This document shows, piece after piece, positions 37,685-50,669 of a stretch of 64,000 nt of DNA (the stretch's first letter is position 1; the number at the start of each line of letters is the position of its first letter). Source of the stretch: Lama guanicoe (taxonomy: Eukaryota); the NCBI GenBank assembly GCA_013239625.1, contig MU053557.1, positions 4,990,123 to 5,054,122 of the forward strand. The letters are read 5' to 3'. Under the pieces are notes generated by a model, which saw nothing but the letters and a program-made list of their open reading frames with translations, had not been told where the DNA came from and did no database searches. A program made the position numbers and the translations under genes.

Positions 37685-39574
37685 CTTGAGGCCCGTGACC
37701 CCACATCTTGGGAACATGGTCTCAAGTTTGGGATCAAGCCGGCATGTGAAGAGAGAAAATGAGATCGGGGGGAGAGAGAGAGAGGACAAGACAGCAATAG
37801 AGAATGAACGAGACATAGAATGACATAGAGAGTCACAGGTAGACCAGTAGACACCCTCTGATAGAGTGTTCAGTGACCCAAAGTCAGCTCCACCCCTGTC
37901 CTTTCTGTAGTTTGTTTACAGGCACCAACAAATTCCCCTTTCTCTTCAAAATAATGGCCAACATTCTTGAGCACTTATGTGTGCCAGGCACTGGGCCAAG
38001 CTCTGGATGCACTGTCTCATTTAGGCTGTCACCTCCCACGATTCTATGCGGGTGTGACTGTCATTCCCTCCACAGAGGAAGAACCAAGGAATAGAAGAGT
38101 TAAATAACGTGCTCAAGTTCACACAGACTCTAAGCAGCAGAGCTGGGTTTCAAACTCAGGTAGTCAGATGCCAGAGTGCACAACCACTGTGTGGAGTAGC
38201 TGTCACTTTAACCAAGGGGGTCTTGAGTGGCTCAGGTAGAGCAGACACTGGACTACTGACCCCAGATCCTCAAGAGGCAGGATGGCATCATACATGAGCT
38301 CAGGAGCCAGACTAGGCAGAATCAAATCCACCTTCCCTCACCCCTGGCGTGACTTTGGGAAAGTTCTCCACCTACTCTGAGCCTCAGCTTCCTCTTCTGT
38401 AGAATGGAGTTGACAGTATTGGTAGCTACAGCACAGGATTGATACGGGGATTTAATTAATTAGTGTCTATACACACACTCATAAAAAGCCATTAGATCAG
38501 ATAAGCATTTAATAAATACTTAACAGATTTTTAAAAAATTATTTTCTGCTCATCTCTGATGCCTAGTACAGGATCTGGCACCAAGGAAGTGCTCATGGTA
38601 CCTGGATGGGTGATGGTAAGAGTAGAGAATATTAAGGAGAATCCTAATGATTGTTTATTCAGCACCTACCATGCACCAAGCATTATGCTTAAGCACCTTA
38701 CGCACATCTTCTCAGTCAGTCCCCACAACAGCCCTGCCAAGTTGGTGTTGTCATCCTCATTTTGCAGATAAGGTAACAGAGGCTTCAAGAAGTCAAGTGA
38801 CCAGAAAGGCCACAGAGAGGGGTCCAGAGCAAGGATATTAACCCTGGTTTTAAAGGAAAGAACACTGACTCTGTGATTACTTTAATGAAGGCAGGAAACT
38901 GGCAGATTGTATTGAGAGTTTTCCTGTGGACTGACCTTTGGGTTCTTGCCATTCTCATCACAAGCTCCTTCATGTTCCTTGCAAATAGCCCATGCGCGTG
39001 GTTTTCTACGCCCTGTTATCTCATTAGGTGGGTATAGAGTCCCATTTTATGAAGGAAGGGCAAAGAGGTACAGGTACTTGCTGAAGGTCACGTGGGTGTT
39101 AAGAGCAGAGCAAGTCGGAACCCAACTTCATCTGACTCCCAATCCAGTCTTTGTCCCCTGTACTCAACCTCTGACCTACAGAGAGCCCCCACAGAGCATG
39201 CCATCCCTCAGATCTCCTAGAGACACCCCCTTTTCACCACCTCCACTGCCAGGGAACACCCGGGCTGGGGCTCCATGAGCACTCACCTGCCCTCTTCAGC
39301 CTCCAACTGCGTCTCCTGCCTCCAGTCCTGCCTGCCTTCTGGTCTTCACAAGGCCACCACCAAGGTCAGCTTTCAGAAATGAGATCTGAATCCAGGGCTC
39401 TTGGAGGTCCTTCCAGGGTTCTTGACTGTGGCTTCATGGTCTGGGCCCTGTTTATCTCTTCCCCTCCTTGAACTCTGTGCTCTGGCTGAGCTGAATCTAT
39501 TTTTGCTCTCTCTGGCCTCCTTTGTACACACTCTTTCACCAGGGTGGTACGCCCTTTCCCACTTCCTTCTCACT

Positions 39575-39837
39575 TTTTTTTTTTTTGACTAGCCAGGAAT
39601 CTTTTATTTATTTACTTATGAAAATATAGTCAGTTACAATGTGTCAATTTCTGGTGTGCAGCATAATGTTTCAGTCATACATATACATACATATATTTGT
39701 TTTCATATTCTTTTTCATTATAGGTTACTACAAGATATTGAATACAGTTCCTCGTGCTGTACAGAAGAAACTTGTTATCTGTTTTATATATACTAGTTAA
39801 TATTTGCAAATCTCAAACTCCCAATTTATGCCCCACC
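39575..39837 (-). mobile_element. Short L1 3' UTR insertion inside an L2
   Basis: Poly(T) 39574-39586 and L1 tail sequence; TSD CCTTCTCACT at 39565-39574 and 39838-39847. Confidence 0.85.
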
Positions 39838-41149
39838 CCTTCTCACTCTTGCTAAATCATCCTTCAAGTCTCAGTGGCATGTCGCTTCTTCCAGGAAGCC
39901 TTCCTTGCTAGGTTCAGGTGCTTTTCCTGTGTGTGCCTCTCCTCGGGTCCTTCTCCCTCTCTTTTGAAATTGCCCTTTTATTTGAAGTTTTCTCCCATTG
40001 AATTAGCTCCAAGAGGATAGGAGCTCTGTCTGCCTGTTCATACTGCATCCCCAGAGCCTAGTATGGTATTGGGTACTTAGTAGGTACTCAGTGAAAAGCT
40101 GGTGAATGAATGAGTGTTCCCTGAGGACAGTATTTTATTACACTGAGCACCAGGCTCAGTTTGCTTGCGCATAGTAGGCTCCCAGTACATATCTGTTGAA
40201 TAGATGATGGATGAATAAATGAATAAACATGGTTCAACCCTCTCCTTCAACACACACACATTGTATTTGCTCACCCCTCAGCTTTGGTCTCTTGCAGAAT
40301 AAAAGGGATCCCAGCTCCTTGTTTGAATGCTGTGGGGTTTGAGTAGAAAAAAATACTGCTCCTTCAATAAGAAGAGCTTCAGGCGATAGAGGCCTTTCTT
40401 GCTGGTGAAGGGAGGAGGGAGAGTTGGGGCCTCAGCCCAGTTTCAGGATGGCCTCAGTTGGCCCCAGACTGACTAATAAAGTGTGAAATTGACTTCACCC
40501 TCCACACGTCTCCCCAGCCAGTGTGTCCCTTTAGCATCTCCCTCTGCTACAACGGATGCAGTGCTGCCGCCATCCCCTCTGTCACTGGCAGACAGGCGGG
40601 TCATCAACGCCCACGCAGCCCCAGGGCCCAGCGCTCTGCAGAACCCGTGAAGCCATTTGGCTTTGGGCCAGTATGGGCTTTCAAAGCCAGAAGCATCCGA
40701 TGTGGCATGTCTGACGCACCTTCTAAGTCAGCCACTGGCCCCTCCTGCCCCTGTGTACTCCTCTGATGCTGGCTGCTGAGGCACGGGCAGAGGTTGGAAG
40801 CGGGGACAGCATTAGGGGAGCTCTTTGAGACTTCCCTCCCACTCCACCCTTTCTGTTGCACCAAATGCAGGACTGGAGAATCAGAGCAAAAGGGACCTCG
40901 GAGAGCAAGGAAATCAGGGAGCTCACAGGAGCCTCTGGGGGGCCTTCGGGACTGCTGGGGGGGTGATGGGGGCCCCGAAACCCCTCCTTCCCCTGGGATA
41001 GGGCCAATTTTAGATCTGTTTTAAGATTTCCTAGGAAGAAAGGGATTCCATGGCTCTAATAAGTCCCCAAACCAGTGATCTGTCCAGCAGTCATTCCCAA
41101 ACCTGTCAGAATCAACTGAGTGACGGTAAAAAATAAGGATTCTGAGACC

Positions 41150-41638
41150 TGTAGTGTGTTAATCAGCTCAGCACCCATTTCCTCGTCTTCTGAGGAGAGC
41201 CCCTATATTACCTCAGAGAGCTGTCCTTGCCCCCAAGAACTCCATGTGGTTCTGGCGGTGTCTAGGGGCAAGCACATTACCCAGGCCGAGCCAATCACAG
41301 ACAGAGTAATCAGCCCAGGGCTCAAAAAATGGCAGTCCCAGGATTTTGGCAGGGCTATAGGGGAAGAGATTCTCTCTTTTTCAGAGACTCTAGGCTGGTA
41401 GCTGTCAGCTTGGAACTGCTGGCTAAGAATGAAGCCAATGCAGAGGCAAATCATGACAAGACATGAGAGAAGAGAGACAGGCAGACAGAAACCTCATGAC
41501 ATGTCATGAGCACCTGGATCCAGCCATGTCTGAAGTGTATTCAGACTAGTCTATTCAAACACAGGAAGCAATAAGTTGCTTGCTTGCTTGCTTGCTTGCT
41601 TGCTTTCTTTCTTTCTTTCCTTCTTTCTTTCCTTCTTT

Positions 41639-41721
<83 letters not shown>

Positions 41722-41807
41722 TTATTTGTCTCTTTCTTTTTCTTTTGCCTCAGCCAGTTTGAGCTGAGTTTTTGCATCTTGCAACTGAAAGAGTGGTGAC
41801 TAATACA
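41150..41807 (+). mobile_element. ERVL/MaLR-type solo LTR splitting a MER5A-like element
   Basis: TG...CA ends; CCCAGGCCGAGCCAATCA and TTGCAACTGAAAGAG...GACTAATACA motifs. Confidence 0.65.
41576..41746. repeat. Compound (TTGC)n(TTTC)n(TC)n microsatellite
   Basis: Directly visible. Confidence 0.95.
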
Positions 41808-42774
41808 CAGATCCCATCTTAGATCTATTGAATTGTGATCCCCATGGATAGAGTCCAGGAATCTGGATCTTTCAAGAAGCTTTTTGAAGAATTTCTGATA
41901 AAGTGTCACCACCTTATCAGTCATTAGTTGGACATCACTGAGTTCCTGGTCCGGTGATATGCAGATAAAAGTGATCCTTCCATATGTGGCCGTTATCATT
42001 GTCTGTCAGAACTCTGCATGGTCTCGAGCCTCACAATAACTCGATGAAGTACAGGTTATCCTTCCCATTTTACAGATGAAAACACTGAGTCCTTGAGAGT
42101 TGAATGAATGTGGTCAAGGGCACACAGCTGTTAAGTGACAGATCTAGGAGTGTGAGTCTCTGAAGCGCATCCTCCTTCCACCACTCTGCACTTCTCAGGA
42201 GGCTGTGCAGCTTGCCTAGAGCCTCAGCACCTTGTGTTGGAAGTGTCCTCTCTCTTTGGAAACTCTCTCAATAAGCAAGGCCTATTTGAGTCACTTAGGT
42301 GCTGTGGCTACAGTAAGAGAGGGCTCCAGTGTGACTGGCCTATAAAGGAACGTTGTAATGCCATATTCTAAGAAGTCCCAAAGTAAGATGTTCCCAGGAT
42401 TGGTTAATTCAGTGGCTCAGCGTCTTGAGCAAAGTCTCAAGTTCTTTCCATTTTTCTGCTCTGTCTTCTTCTGACATCAGCTGGCCTTCAGGCTGGCTGT
42501 CTTCTTCATTATAGGATAACCTGCTGCACTTCTAGACATAATACTGTCCAGCACAGGGGGATGGTCTATTTTTTCCCGTTTCTTTTTGTCAGTGAAGAAA
42601 GTGGTTCTGAAAAGCCCCCCAGATATCATTGATCAGAATTACATCACAAGTTCACACCTGGTCTAGTTGTTGGCAAGAAGGGTGGTGGCATCATAATGAG
42701 CTTGGACCAGTCATGATTCACTCTGAGGCTGGGTTGGGTAGACACCTGAACAGTACAGGGCTCTTTAAGGATGG

Positions 42775-42962
42775 AGGGGGAGGGTATAGCTTAGTGGTAG
42801 AGAGCATGCCTAGTGTGCACAAGGTCCTGGATTCAGTCCCCAGTACCTCCATTAAATAAACAAATACATAAACGTAATTATCTACCCCCCCGAAAAAAAC
42901 CCCAGTAAATGCATATGTGCTTACTCTGAAAAAACCAATAAAACACCTTAAAAAAAAAAAAA
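42775..42962 (+). mobile_element. tRNA-derived SINE (camelid vic-1-like)
   Basis: GGGGAGGGTATAGCTTAGTGGTAGAG...GGATTCAGTCCCCAGTACCTCC, A-rich tail, flanking AAGGAT repeat. Confidence 0.82.
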
Positions 42963-43269
42963 GGATCGGCGGGGAAGAAGCGTATTAAGTAGCATCTGCT
43001 GCTTGACTCCTCACCAGTCCCTGGGTTTCCCTCCCTGATTCTGCGTCCAGGCTCCAGGAGCATCTCTCTTTCCATTAGTCATGATCTTTGCAGGAAGGTT
43101 AACTTTCAAAGTTTAAAATCCTCCCCATGGTTCCGCATCCTCCCTTCTAGTCCCCTTTCAGAGCCAGCAAGAAGAAATGCAGGGTTTCCCCTGCTTTTCT
43201 TGGCTTTGCTTCCCTCACTCTCTGTTGGACTGATACCAATTTACTAGGTTGCCAGGAGGAGTGATACAG

Positions 43270-43840
43270 CATGCGTGGGGGTGGGCGTGTGCTGTTGCCT
43301 GCCTATCACCCATTTCCCCTGCTTCTAATCATGGAATGCACAACGTCCTTTAGGGACCACCCTTTGCCACTCTCAAGTCCTGAGTGTAAGCCACACTGAC
43401 TCTTGTGATACCCCCAACTCTTAATGGGATCTCTTCCCCTGCATCCTGGGGCATGTCACTTGGGCCTGTTCAGTCACTGTGTTCAATGCCTCTTGCCACA
43501 GGACTTGATTTGGGATGGGCAATAACCCCAGTCTGTTCGATGAAAGTCAGTTCCTAAGCCTTGGGCTCAAACTCTTGGGGGAGCAAAATTCTATTTCTGT
43601 TAGAGCTGTTGAGCTGCAAGATTTGAGTCTGGAGCTTTCAGCAACCATTTTTCAACTTCCTAGGGGAAAGTTCCTATGAGAATGAAGCTAACACTGAGCC
43701 AAGAGACCGAGATCGAGGGACCCTGAGATGTTGGATCCAACTGGGCTTGATGCCAGGAAACCCTGTACATCTCAGTCACATGAGCCAGTAAACTTTCCTT
43801 TCTTGGTCAACCCAGTTTGAGTTGGCATTCTGCCCCTTAC
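43270..43840 (+). mobile_element. ERVL-type (LTR16/LTR33/MLT1-like) solo LTR
   Basis: GAGAATGAAGCTAACAC and CTCAGTCACATGAGCCAGTAAA...CCAGTTTGAGTTGG motifs; boundaries approximate. Confidence 0.6.
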
Positions 43841-45205
43841 AATCAGAAACAACTAATATAGCATGTTCTTTTGAAAAAGTTGAACTGTGTTCTCCTTTGG
43901 CTGAGTTGTACATGTGTAAAAGGGAGTAATGGGAGATAAGATTGGGAAATCAGGCTGCAGACACGTGGCAGGGGGCCTTGAAGACTTTGAGTTGGGTCAC
44001 TCAATCTAAGACCACTAGGAGACACAGCATCTCAGGCCAGCAGATCCCAGGAGTTGCCAAACAAGCTAAACTTTGCCCCTAGGGATCAGGTTAATGCTTT
44101 TGTAGCTGCTGATAAAGTAAAATTCTTGACCTGCAACAGGACTCATCCTCCAGGCCCACTTTCTCCAGGGGAGAGTGGGTGAGTTCTGCATAACTGAGAA
44201 TGTTTGGAGCTACTGGCATTTATCAGCTGCTCCCATGGGTCAGGGATGATGAGGGTGAGGAAAAACCCAGTGCAACTAATGAGGACTTCTGGGGATACTA
44301 CCGAATATGTCCACATCCCTCTTAAATTGCCCAGAATAGTACATGGGCTGGCCAGAGTAGAAGAAAGGACATCATCTCCCTCTTTCTACAAGACCTGCTT
44401 CTATTAATGCAACCTGAGATTTCACTCACTTTAGTGGCAGCACATCATGCTTTGTATTCAAATGTATGTCATACATGCTCCTACTCTGTCGTGTCTCCTC
44501 CATCACCTCAAGTCTTCCAAACCCTCTCCCACCTTGGGAGAACTGCCTCCACCTTCAATTTCTTTTCAATACTCCATGCGTCAAAACTCTTTTTCTCTTG
44601 GGGAGATGGGGTTGTCAAGGAGGAGACAAGAAACCATCTCTCATTCTTTTTGTTCTTCGATAGCAGCAAAATGAAAAACAAAAAACAAAAAAAAGGCAAA
44701 ACACACATTAATGTCTCTGTAGAGTAACCAGCCACATATAGGCTTAGCCTTCCAAATTTTCATCTGTCTAGTCAGTGCATTTGTTCCTAATAGGGCCTCT
44801 GGGAATCCATTTTCTGTCCTTCCTCAGTCACTCCTGTCCATTTGCACACCCTTGGTGCATTCCACTGTCTTACCTCAGATGTCTTCATTTGAGTGTCTGA
44901 CTGAAAAGCTATTGCCCAGGACAGTATCAGGGATAAAGCCACCATTCTTTCTGATTTTGCTTCCAACCAAATCCAAAATACAAGATCATTGCTTAATTCC
45001 TCATATACATGATCTCAATTATTTATTTTCATAGTAATGCATGCAGACATTGGTCCTAGTGCTTTACAAGTATTAACTCATTTAATCCTTAAAATAGCCC
45101 CTAATCACAACTGTTATTCCCATTTTACAGAAGAGGAAATTGTGGCCTTCCCAGAGACACGTAATTAGTAAGTGACAGAACAGAATCCAGGTAGTTTGTA
45201 CCTGT

Positions 45206-45548
45206 GCCAAGGGTAGGCACACTTTTTCTGTAAAGGATGAGATAGTATTTTAGGTATTGAGTGCCATATACAGTCTTGGTCCCCACTACTCAGCTGTCAC
45301 TAGAGTGTAAAAGCAGCGCTAGAAAATACATAAATGATTGGGTTTGACTGTGTGCCAATAAAACTTTAGAGGCACTGAAATTTGAATTTCATATCATGCT
45401 CAATGTTATGAAATACTGCTCTTCTTTTGATTCCCGCCCCGCCCCCAACCATTTAGAAATATAAAATCCATTCTTAGCTTGCAGGTCATACAAAACCAGG
45501 GAGTGAGCCAAGTTTGGTCTATAGCCCATAATTTGCTGGCTCCCACTC
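45206..45548 (+). mobile_element. MER58B-like hAT-Charlie element
   Basis: GGCACACTTTTTCTGTAAAGG...GTGTGCCAATAAAACTTTA...AAATTTGAATTTCATAT...TTTGCTGGCTCC. Confidence 0.75.
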
Positions 45549-46837
45549 TGTGCTATGCAATTGTTCAACCTGATCCTTACAGCTTACCTCTTATCATCTC
45601 CATTTTCCAAAGAAATCCAGTTGAAAGAGGTTAATGACTTGCTGTAGGTTACGTAGCAGGTGAGAGAGTCAGGATCCACACCCCGGTTTGTGTTGAACCT
45701 TGGAGGCTGCAGAGGCAGAAAGCTGGCAGAGGCCAGAGGTGGGCAGGAAGCAGGGCTGAGCGGGTGGTATCAGTGCTGCCTGCCTTGGCCTGAAACCACG
45801 AGTAACCAAGTGCTGGCAGATTCCCACCCCTGCTACCTTTCCCGGCCCTTCTCCTTCCCCAGGAGCCTAATACAGCAGCCTGGGGCTTCTGTTCCCTGAT
45901 CTGCCACTGAAGTTCTGTTTAATTGGGACTTGCAAGAGACTAAAATGCTCTGCCTTTCAAGCCTGAAGCCAGAAAAACCCAGAGGCTGTCTCAACATGGC
46001 CTGATCTTCTAACCACAGCCATTATGGGAAGGCAGACCTGCTTTAAAAGGGTCCTGAGCTGTCACTTGTGAAAACACTTCAGCTCTGGCCTGGCTAAGAC
46101 TGGGAAAAGGTAGGAGAGGAGTGGAGGAAGGGGAGAGAGAGAGAGACAGAGGGACACACAGAGAGAGACACAGAGTCAGAGCGAGTTGCAGACACATGTA
46201 CACACATGCAGAAAGACGCCTTAACAGCTGTTTTTCTGAACCAGAGCCCTGTTTCCAAGTTCCTCAACTCTGCAGACACGAGAAAGCCAATACTGCAGCA
46301 GAAAATCTCCCCACATCACTTGTTGTTAATAATGATTTATTTATTTTGTCTTTTCTAGGTTTCTGCAGTGTTAACTTCCTTCAAACCAGTGAGCAGCCCT
46401 GAGGTGGGCACCATGGAGATTATTTGCCTGAGGAGGTGTGTGGGGCTCAAAGAGCTCCAGCAACTTGCTCAAGGTCACTCAGCAAGTTAATGGCCAATCT
46501 GGAGCCAAGGATCAAGACTCTGGACTCCCGGTGCAATGTGAGTCTCCTACAAACCACCCCCAGAATCAAAGGGGACACTGAAGGTCGGGGATCTAGTTCC
46601 TTCACTTCCCTTCAATAAATGAGCCCCTAAAGTCCGTCTTTGACAAGTAAATGATAGTGACACAGTATGCCTGAACTTGAGCAAGGCAGTGGACAAGCAA
46701 ATGTATGATATCCTCGTGGTTACATGTGTTGGAAAACTGTGAGACAGATTCAAGGACAGCTGGATGGATTATAGCCAGTAGGAGATCAGTATCCAAAAGA
46801 TCCTGGTGAATCAGTCTTTATGTAGAAGAATGCTATG

Positions 46838-46931
46838 GATTTTTTGTTTTTAATTGGAGGTCCTGGGGATTGAACCCAGGACCTCATGCATGCTAAGTAT
46901 GTACTCTGTCACTGAGCTATTACCCTCCCTG
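46838..46931 (-). mobile_element. tRNA-derived SINE (vic-1-like, short form)
   Basis: GGGGATTGAACCCAGGACCTCATGCATGCTAAG...CTGAGCTAT; flanking ATGCTATG repeat at 46830-46837 and 46940-46947. Confidence 0.8.
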
Positions 46932-48750
46932 CCAGTAGGATGCTATGTTACACGGTTTTTATTACTGAAATTGAATGGCTTGAGTTCCCATCCCACCTCT
47001 TCTGAGAATGACTCTCTTCTCAACTTGGGGTCTTCCCTTCCAGGATAACTCTCAGAGCAGTTATTTGGTCCAAAGAGGCAGTTCTAGTTGCCATCTCCTG
47101 AAGAAGAAAAACCTAGAAACCTGACCATTGTGTATCCTGCAGTTGCTGAGACTGCCACATGAGGGCACTGTTGAAAGGGGCAGCTTGGTTGCCTAGAGGC
47201 AGCGCTCCTCCACCATCACATCTCCAGGAGCTTAGAAACACTGTCAACACTAACTAGCCCCAGGTAAAGCCCCTGTCCTCTAAAGAAACCACTTTATTGA
47301 TCAAGGCACATTTCATTAGGCTGGTCCTGCAGTTGCTTCTCCAGGGGATTCTCCATGACACATAGACCTGGACACTCAGCGTTATAGCTCTTTATGTCCA
47401 CACACTCAAACATGGTTTCTTTATTTCCCAAGTGTACCAACAGTGTGCTAGGGTAGTGGGTTGGGACCAGTTTGCAGGCTCAGTGATACACTAGCCCTAG
47501 AAGCAGTAGACCAGAGCTCTTGCCCTCTCTAGGCTCACTAATAGGTAGCTCTTGGTTTGGGGCTGTACACTAGCCCTTCCCCCGACTAAAAACACCCTGG
47601 TTTCATTAAGAGAATTGCCTCTCCCCAACTGTCTTGGAGCTAGGGTACTTCTTGGCTCCTTCCTCCCATTGCTGGTCTCCTCCAGTTGAACTCAAAGAGG
47701 TCAGATCCCTCCTCTACTCACCTGTGGAACAGTGGGGAACACGTGATCTGAAATGCTCTTTTCCCAGGACTTTAACTCTGGCAAGGACAAGGGAATAGCA
47801 GTTGTGGGTCATTGATAGCATCCTGACCTATTTCTCTGTTAAGGGGAATGACTGCTTTTCTTGCTTTCTGCTTCTTGACCTTCAGAGTTTCCTTAATTCC
47901 TGCTGACCAGACCTGCTCTTCTAGTCTTTCATCAGTTGTGTAAGCTTCCATTGGCCTTCCAAAAAAATCCCCTGTTCTCTAATTTCTGGTGTTCACACCA
48001 AGAACCCTGTCTGGTAGAAGCCTCTTCCCTTTTTCCCTCCCAAGACTCATCCCAGTTCATTCCTGAGGAGGATAGTTTGGGTCCCCCAGAGTAAGTCTCC
48101 ACCTTACCCGATATAAATCTTCATAGATAAAGCAAACGCAAAGAAATATGCTCCCCAGTTGTTGTCAGTTTTAGTGCAAGTGGCTTCATTTTCCTTTTTG
48201 CTCATATTTGTCCCCTGAAAAAATTTTTCCCCATTTCCATACACTCCATTTATGATAAAAACAGCATTTATCTGTGTGTTTGTTCAATTGCAATTAGAGA
48301 AACTGAGGTACAGTAACTCTCTTTTTCGTGCTGAAGGAGGGAGCCCCTGTCCCTGTGTGCGTGTCCTTGAGGAGACCTGTCAGTGTTTTGGCACTGCACT
48401 GCCAGCTATTATCACCCACTCGTGTGGGTGTATTTATTGACAGAGCCAAGGGCTGATATCCTGTTGGCTTTGTTGTATGCATGACTCAGGACATGCTCTC
48501 ACCCTTCCTTGACCCCCAGGTCTCCCTGCATAAATAAGGAGAGGTTGGCACTAAGTGATCTCTGAGAGTGCTGTTGCTCAATTCTGGAAACTCTTTGAAG
48601 ATCATTGTCTGGTAGAAGTAGGATCCAAAAGGAACCTGGAATCCCAGTCTCTGGGTGGGAAGGCACCTTAGATGTCCCATGTAGTCAGCACTTTTTGAAT
48701 TGCACATAACAAAACCCACTCCAAAGTGGCTTAAGCAAAAAAAGGGAGTT

Positions 48751-48890
48751 GATCGACTGATGGATTGAAGTATAGTTAATTTACAATATTGTATTATTTT
48801 CAGGTGTGCAATATAGTGATTCAATATTTTTAGAGATTATACTTCATCTAAAGTCATTATAAAATATTGGCTATAGTCCCTGTACTGGAC
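48751..48890 (-). mobile_element. Short L1 3' end inserted in an MLT1 LTR (~48680-49390)
   Basis: ATTGAAGTATAGTTAATTTACAATATTG tail; TSD AAAAAGGGA(G/A)TT at 48739-48750 and 48891-48902. Confidence 0.8.
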
Positions 48891-50669
48891 AAAAAGGGAA
48901 TTTATTGACTCATATAACTGAAATATTTAGCTCTAAATTCAGGCATGGCTGGACCCAGGGGATAGGTGTCATTGGTACTTGGTCTGTCTCAGTCTCTTCT
49001 TCTGCTCGCCTTTGCCTGCTTTATCCTCAGGTAGGTTCTTCCTATGCAGAGGTCACCAGCATCCCCAGGCTTATGTCTTACCAACTTAGCACTTCCCAAT
49101 TGGAAATTGCTAGAAATTCTCAAGGATTTCCAGCAGAAGGATTCCCAGGGCTGACTCTCCCTTGACTCTGTTAAGTGACATGCTTATTGCTGAACCAGTC
49201 ACTCCCTGGAGCCAGGGTATATATTCTGTTGGTTAGCCAGACTTGATCATGTTTTTGCTCCTAAAATTGGGAGGCAGGGGGAGTGTCACTGACACCTATG
49301 GCCTAAGATGTGAGGAGGCGTAGTTCACTAAAGGCAAGTCAGGAGCTGTTACCAGAGGGGAAAAGGATGCTGGGAAGGAAAAAACTCAGAGGTCCACTCG
49401 GGTTCATCCAGATCAGCAGTTATCGATGAGTGTTCCCCAGATTGGCAGTCCCTCCACTGTGAACAGTGGTTTAATAAAGGAGTGACTTGGGAGGTGGCAA
49501 CTCTAGCCAAATCCAAATGAAATACCAAAGTGGGGGACACATGATCCACCCAACTATGTGGAGTCTAAACTGGGAATTCCCTACGCTATGAGAAATTAAT
49601 CTTTACACCCTCGCAGCTGATTCACCCAAGAGGCGGAGCATTGAGGGGTGGAAAAAGGCACAGTTTAATGAGTGCTTCTGTATTTGGCTCATTTAAATCT
49701 GATATAACCCTGTGTGGCAGGTAATAACTAACTACAACTATAATCTTGTCAGGTAGGTAATATTAATCGTCAAAGAAGACACTGAGGGTCAAAGAGTAAA
49801 GTAACTAGACCTTGGTGGCAGAGCTGGGATTTGAATCCAAAGCTGTTTGTTTCAAAAACCAGAGCCCTTCATTCCCACTCTGTGCTGCCTTCTGAGAAAG
49901 GTGATGCTCTCCAGTAGGAGCAGAGGAGCTTGGGGAGGGGTGTAGAGGCAAATCCTCTGATTCCACACATTTTGAGGAAAGAGCACTGACCTGGAATCAG
50001 AACCTGGGCTGCACTCACAGCTCTGCTCTCTACTAGCTGTGTGACCTGGAGCAAGTCACTTCCCAGCTGGGGTCTCAGTCTCCTAGTTTGTATAGTTGGA
50101 CAGCTTTAAATGACCCCTAAGGCTTTCTCCCCATTCTGTTTGCATGATGGTATCAGGAAGTTTCCAGCAGAAGAGGTTTCCTGCTTCCCAGGATCCTGGG
50201 CCCTGTTTTGAAAGACTCTCATGTTCCAGCTTGACTAGGTATTTAAGTCATTCTGCTGTTTGCTAATAAATTGCTCCCTAGACCAGGAGTCAAGGATTCC
50301 TGAATTCTTTCAGGCTTAGAAGGCAGCACACCTCAGATAGAAGCTCTAACATCTGCAATTAAATCTTGGAGAACTAAGACACTGTAGAATTTTGTAGGGT
50401 CTCAGAACGTATTTTTCCACATAGGACTGCAAAAATCACAGTGCCTGATTCCAAAATTTATCAGTAGCTGCTGCACTCAGCCCTGTGCTGGGCAGCATGG
50501 AATACACAGAGATGGAGGGGCAGCAGCCTGGTGCCAAAGAGGAGGAAGGGGAGCCACAGGTTGGAATACAGCCCTGTAGTCAACCTCTTGAGGATGAGGC
50601 TAATGCAAATGAAAACAAGTTGCTTTTTGGCCCAGTAAAAGGGTTAATAGCCAGGGCTGGTATGGATGT

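Noticed and set aside
41541..41999. Lys/Glu/Arg-rich and Phe/Leu/Ser-rich ORFs
   Set aside because: Translations of the (TTTC)n microsatellite
42775..42850. tRNA genes at the SINE heads (also 3640, 46838, 58745)
   Set aside because: No complete acceptor stem or cloverleaf; SINE tail, A-rich end and flanking direct repeats
46469..46478. ERR response element TCAAGGTCA (also at ~2574)
   Set aside because: Part of the MIR consensus (CCCAAGGTCACACAG) that recurs many times in the window; no independent support
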